NCBI GenBank assembly: GCA_010015805.1
Contig: ML978124.1
Location: 248,001-312,000 of the forward strand
DNA from: Rhizodiscina lignyota
Taxonomy: Eukaryota
DNA: 64,000 nt
Direction: 5' to 3'
Positions 62,908-64,000 of the stretch are shown one piece after another (the first letter of the stretch is position 1; each line of letters starts with the position of its first letter). Both the position numbers and the translations under genes were made by a program. The notes beneath the pieces were generated by a model. The model saw only the letters and a list, made by a program, of their open reading frames with translations. It was not told where the DNA came from and ran no database searches.

Positions 62908-64000
62908 GTCATCGGATCTGGCTGGGTTGACGCTGCGCGTGAAACGGCTACGGGCGACCCCCGAATCGATGCTCGCTCCGCACGTTGCAGGCCTGTCGCT
63001 TGCGTGGAGCGGTGGGTGGACTGCTGCAGTGGGCGGCGTGTCAGAAGCTTGCGATGCAGAGCAAATCGCTGCAGCCGGGAGGCCGTGGTACTTGAGCGTC
63101 TTGCACCGTATTGTCTGCGTTTATTTGCTTCTCATCCTGACCCCATTCCGTTACCATGTCTGGCAGCCAGGAGATTTCCACGCGACGCCCAGCCGCAGCC
63201 ACGTTTTCTCGCTGACCAGGTGTGCGTGTGGAGCGCAGCGCGACGCAGGGGTGCCGGTACGGGCGTTGGCGTGATTACGGCGGCCATGGTGCACCTCCAA
63301 AAATTGGCCAGCTGCTGCCAATTTCCTGGCCAATTTGCGTGCGCTCTCACGCTCTACACTCTGCCTGCTGGCCGAGTCGCGTCCCCTTTGCGGCGTGACT
63401 CGCGGGGACGCTCTTGCTTCCTGGTGCCTAGTCTGGCTAGCAGCCTGCTGCTCCTGCCATGTGCGCGCGGTGGGAGGAATGCTGCGCACATGGCAAGCAC
63501 GCGAGCGCGGCCAATCAGCGCGCGCCGCCAGCCAGGAGAGTGGGCTGCAGAGGCGTGCCTTCCGCTTGCAGGCATTCGCTCGCTTGTCTCGCGCGCTCTC
63601 GCTTCAGCGCTGCGGGCGGCGAGTGGCCCTGGGCAGGTACGAAGCATCAGGAGATTTCGCAGATATCAGCTCCTGACCGCACCTCCACGCCCACAAAACA
63701 CTCCAGAGCGTGCTCCTAGCGGCCGATCGCACTGTTGCGAGTCCACCAGCGAGCTGCCTCCCATATCTCATCACCTCATCTGCAATCAAGTCAATGCGGA
63801 TCAGCATCACCGCGAGGACTTCTCGTCCGGCGGCATCGGTGTTTGCGAGTCTCCCATCTGCTGCATGCACATTTGCCCATATCATCTACAGTAGTGCATC
63901 TTCCTCTGCCCATCGTGCTCCATCCTGCAGCGGCTGTATCTTGCCTACAGCTGCACAGCGATGGATAATCTACATATTTCCCCAGACAAGATGCTCCTGG

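Noticed and set aside
62035..63894. 619-aa plus-strand ORF
   Set aside because: Antisense to the GC-rich flbA N-terminus and 5' region. Low-complexity Arg/Gly/Ala sequence with no motifs; stop scarcity is explained by GC content.

Overview
Eukaryotic nuclear DNA from a filamentous ascomycete (Pezizomycotina-type spliceosomal introns with GT/GC donors, CTRAY branch sites and YAG acceptors). It holds about 26 protein-coding genes and 2 probable pseudogenes. Housekeeping genes sit at the two ends: NSP1 (truncated by the window edge) on the left, and SKI8, the CDC10 septin, MRPL32, GUK1, a GPI-anchored protein and the flbA/RGS gene on the right. Between them (~3-44 kb) is an accessory block: Zn2Cys6 TF, GH43, M20 amidohydrolase, SurE-like phosphatase, degraded amino-acid permease, an unusual kinase with an HMG-box-like N-terminus, a divergent Rieske oxygenase/CYP504 pair, a HET protein, an inositol oxygenase plus Gfo/Idh/MocA pair, GH95, an EGF/beta-propeller protein, MFS, GH5, a decayed P-type ATPase next to a possible mitochondrial group I intron insertion, a secreted NlpC/P60 peptidoglycan-type hydrolase and a minisatellite island. 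A secreted 10-Cys tandem-repeat peptide lies at 52.2 kb. No rRNA, tRNA or CRISPR was found. All calls come from motif recognition and manual splicing, with no database searches.
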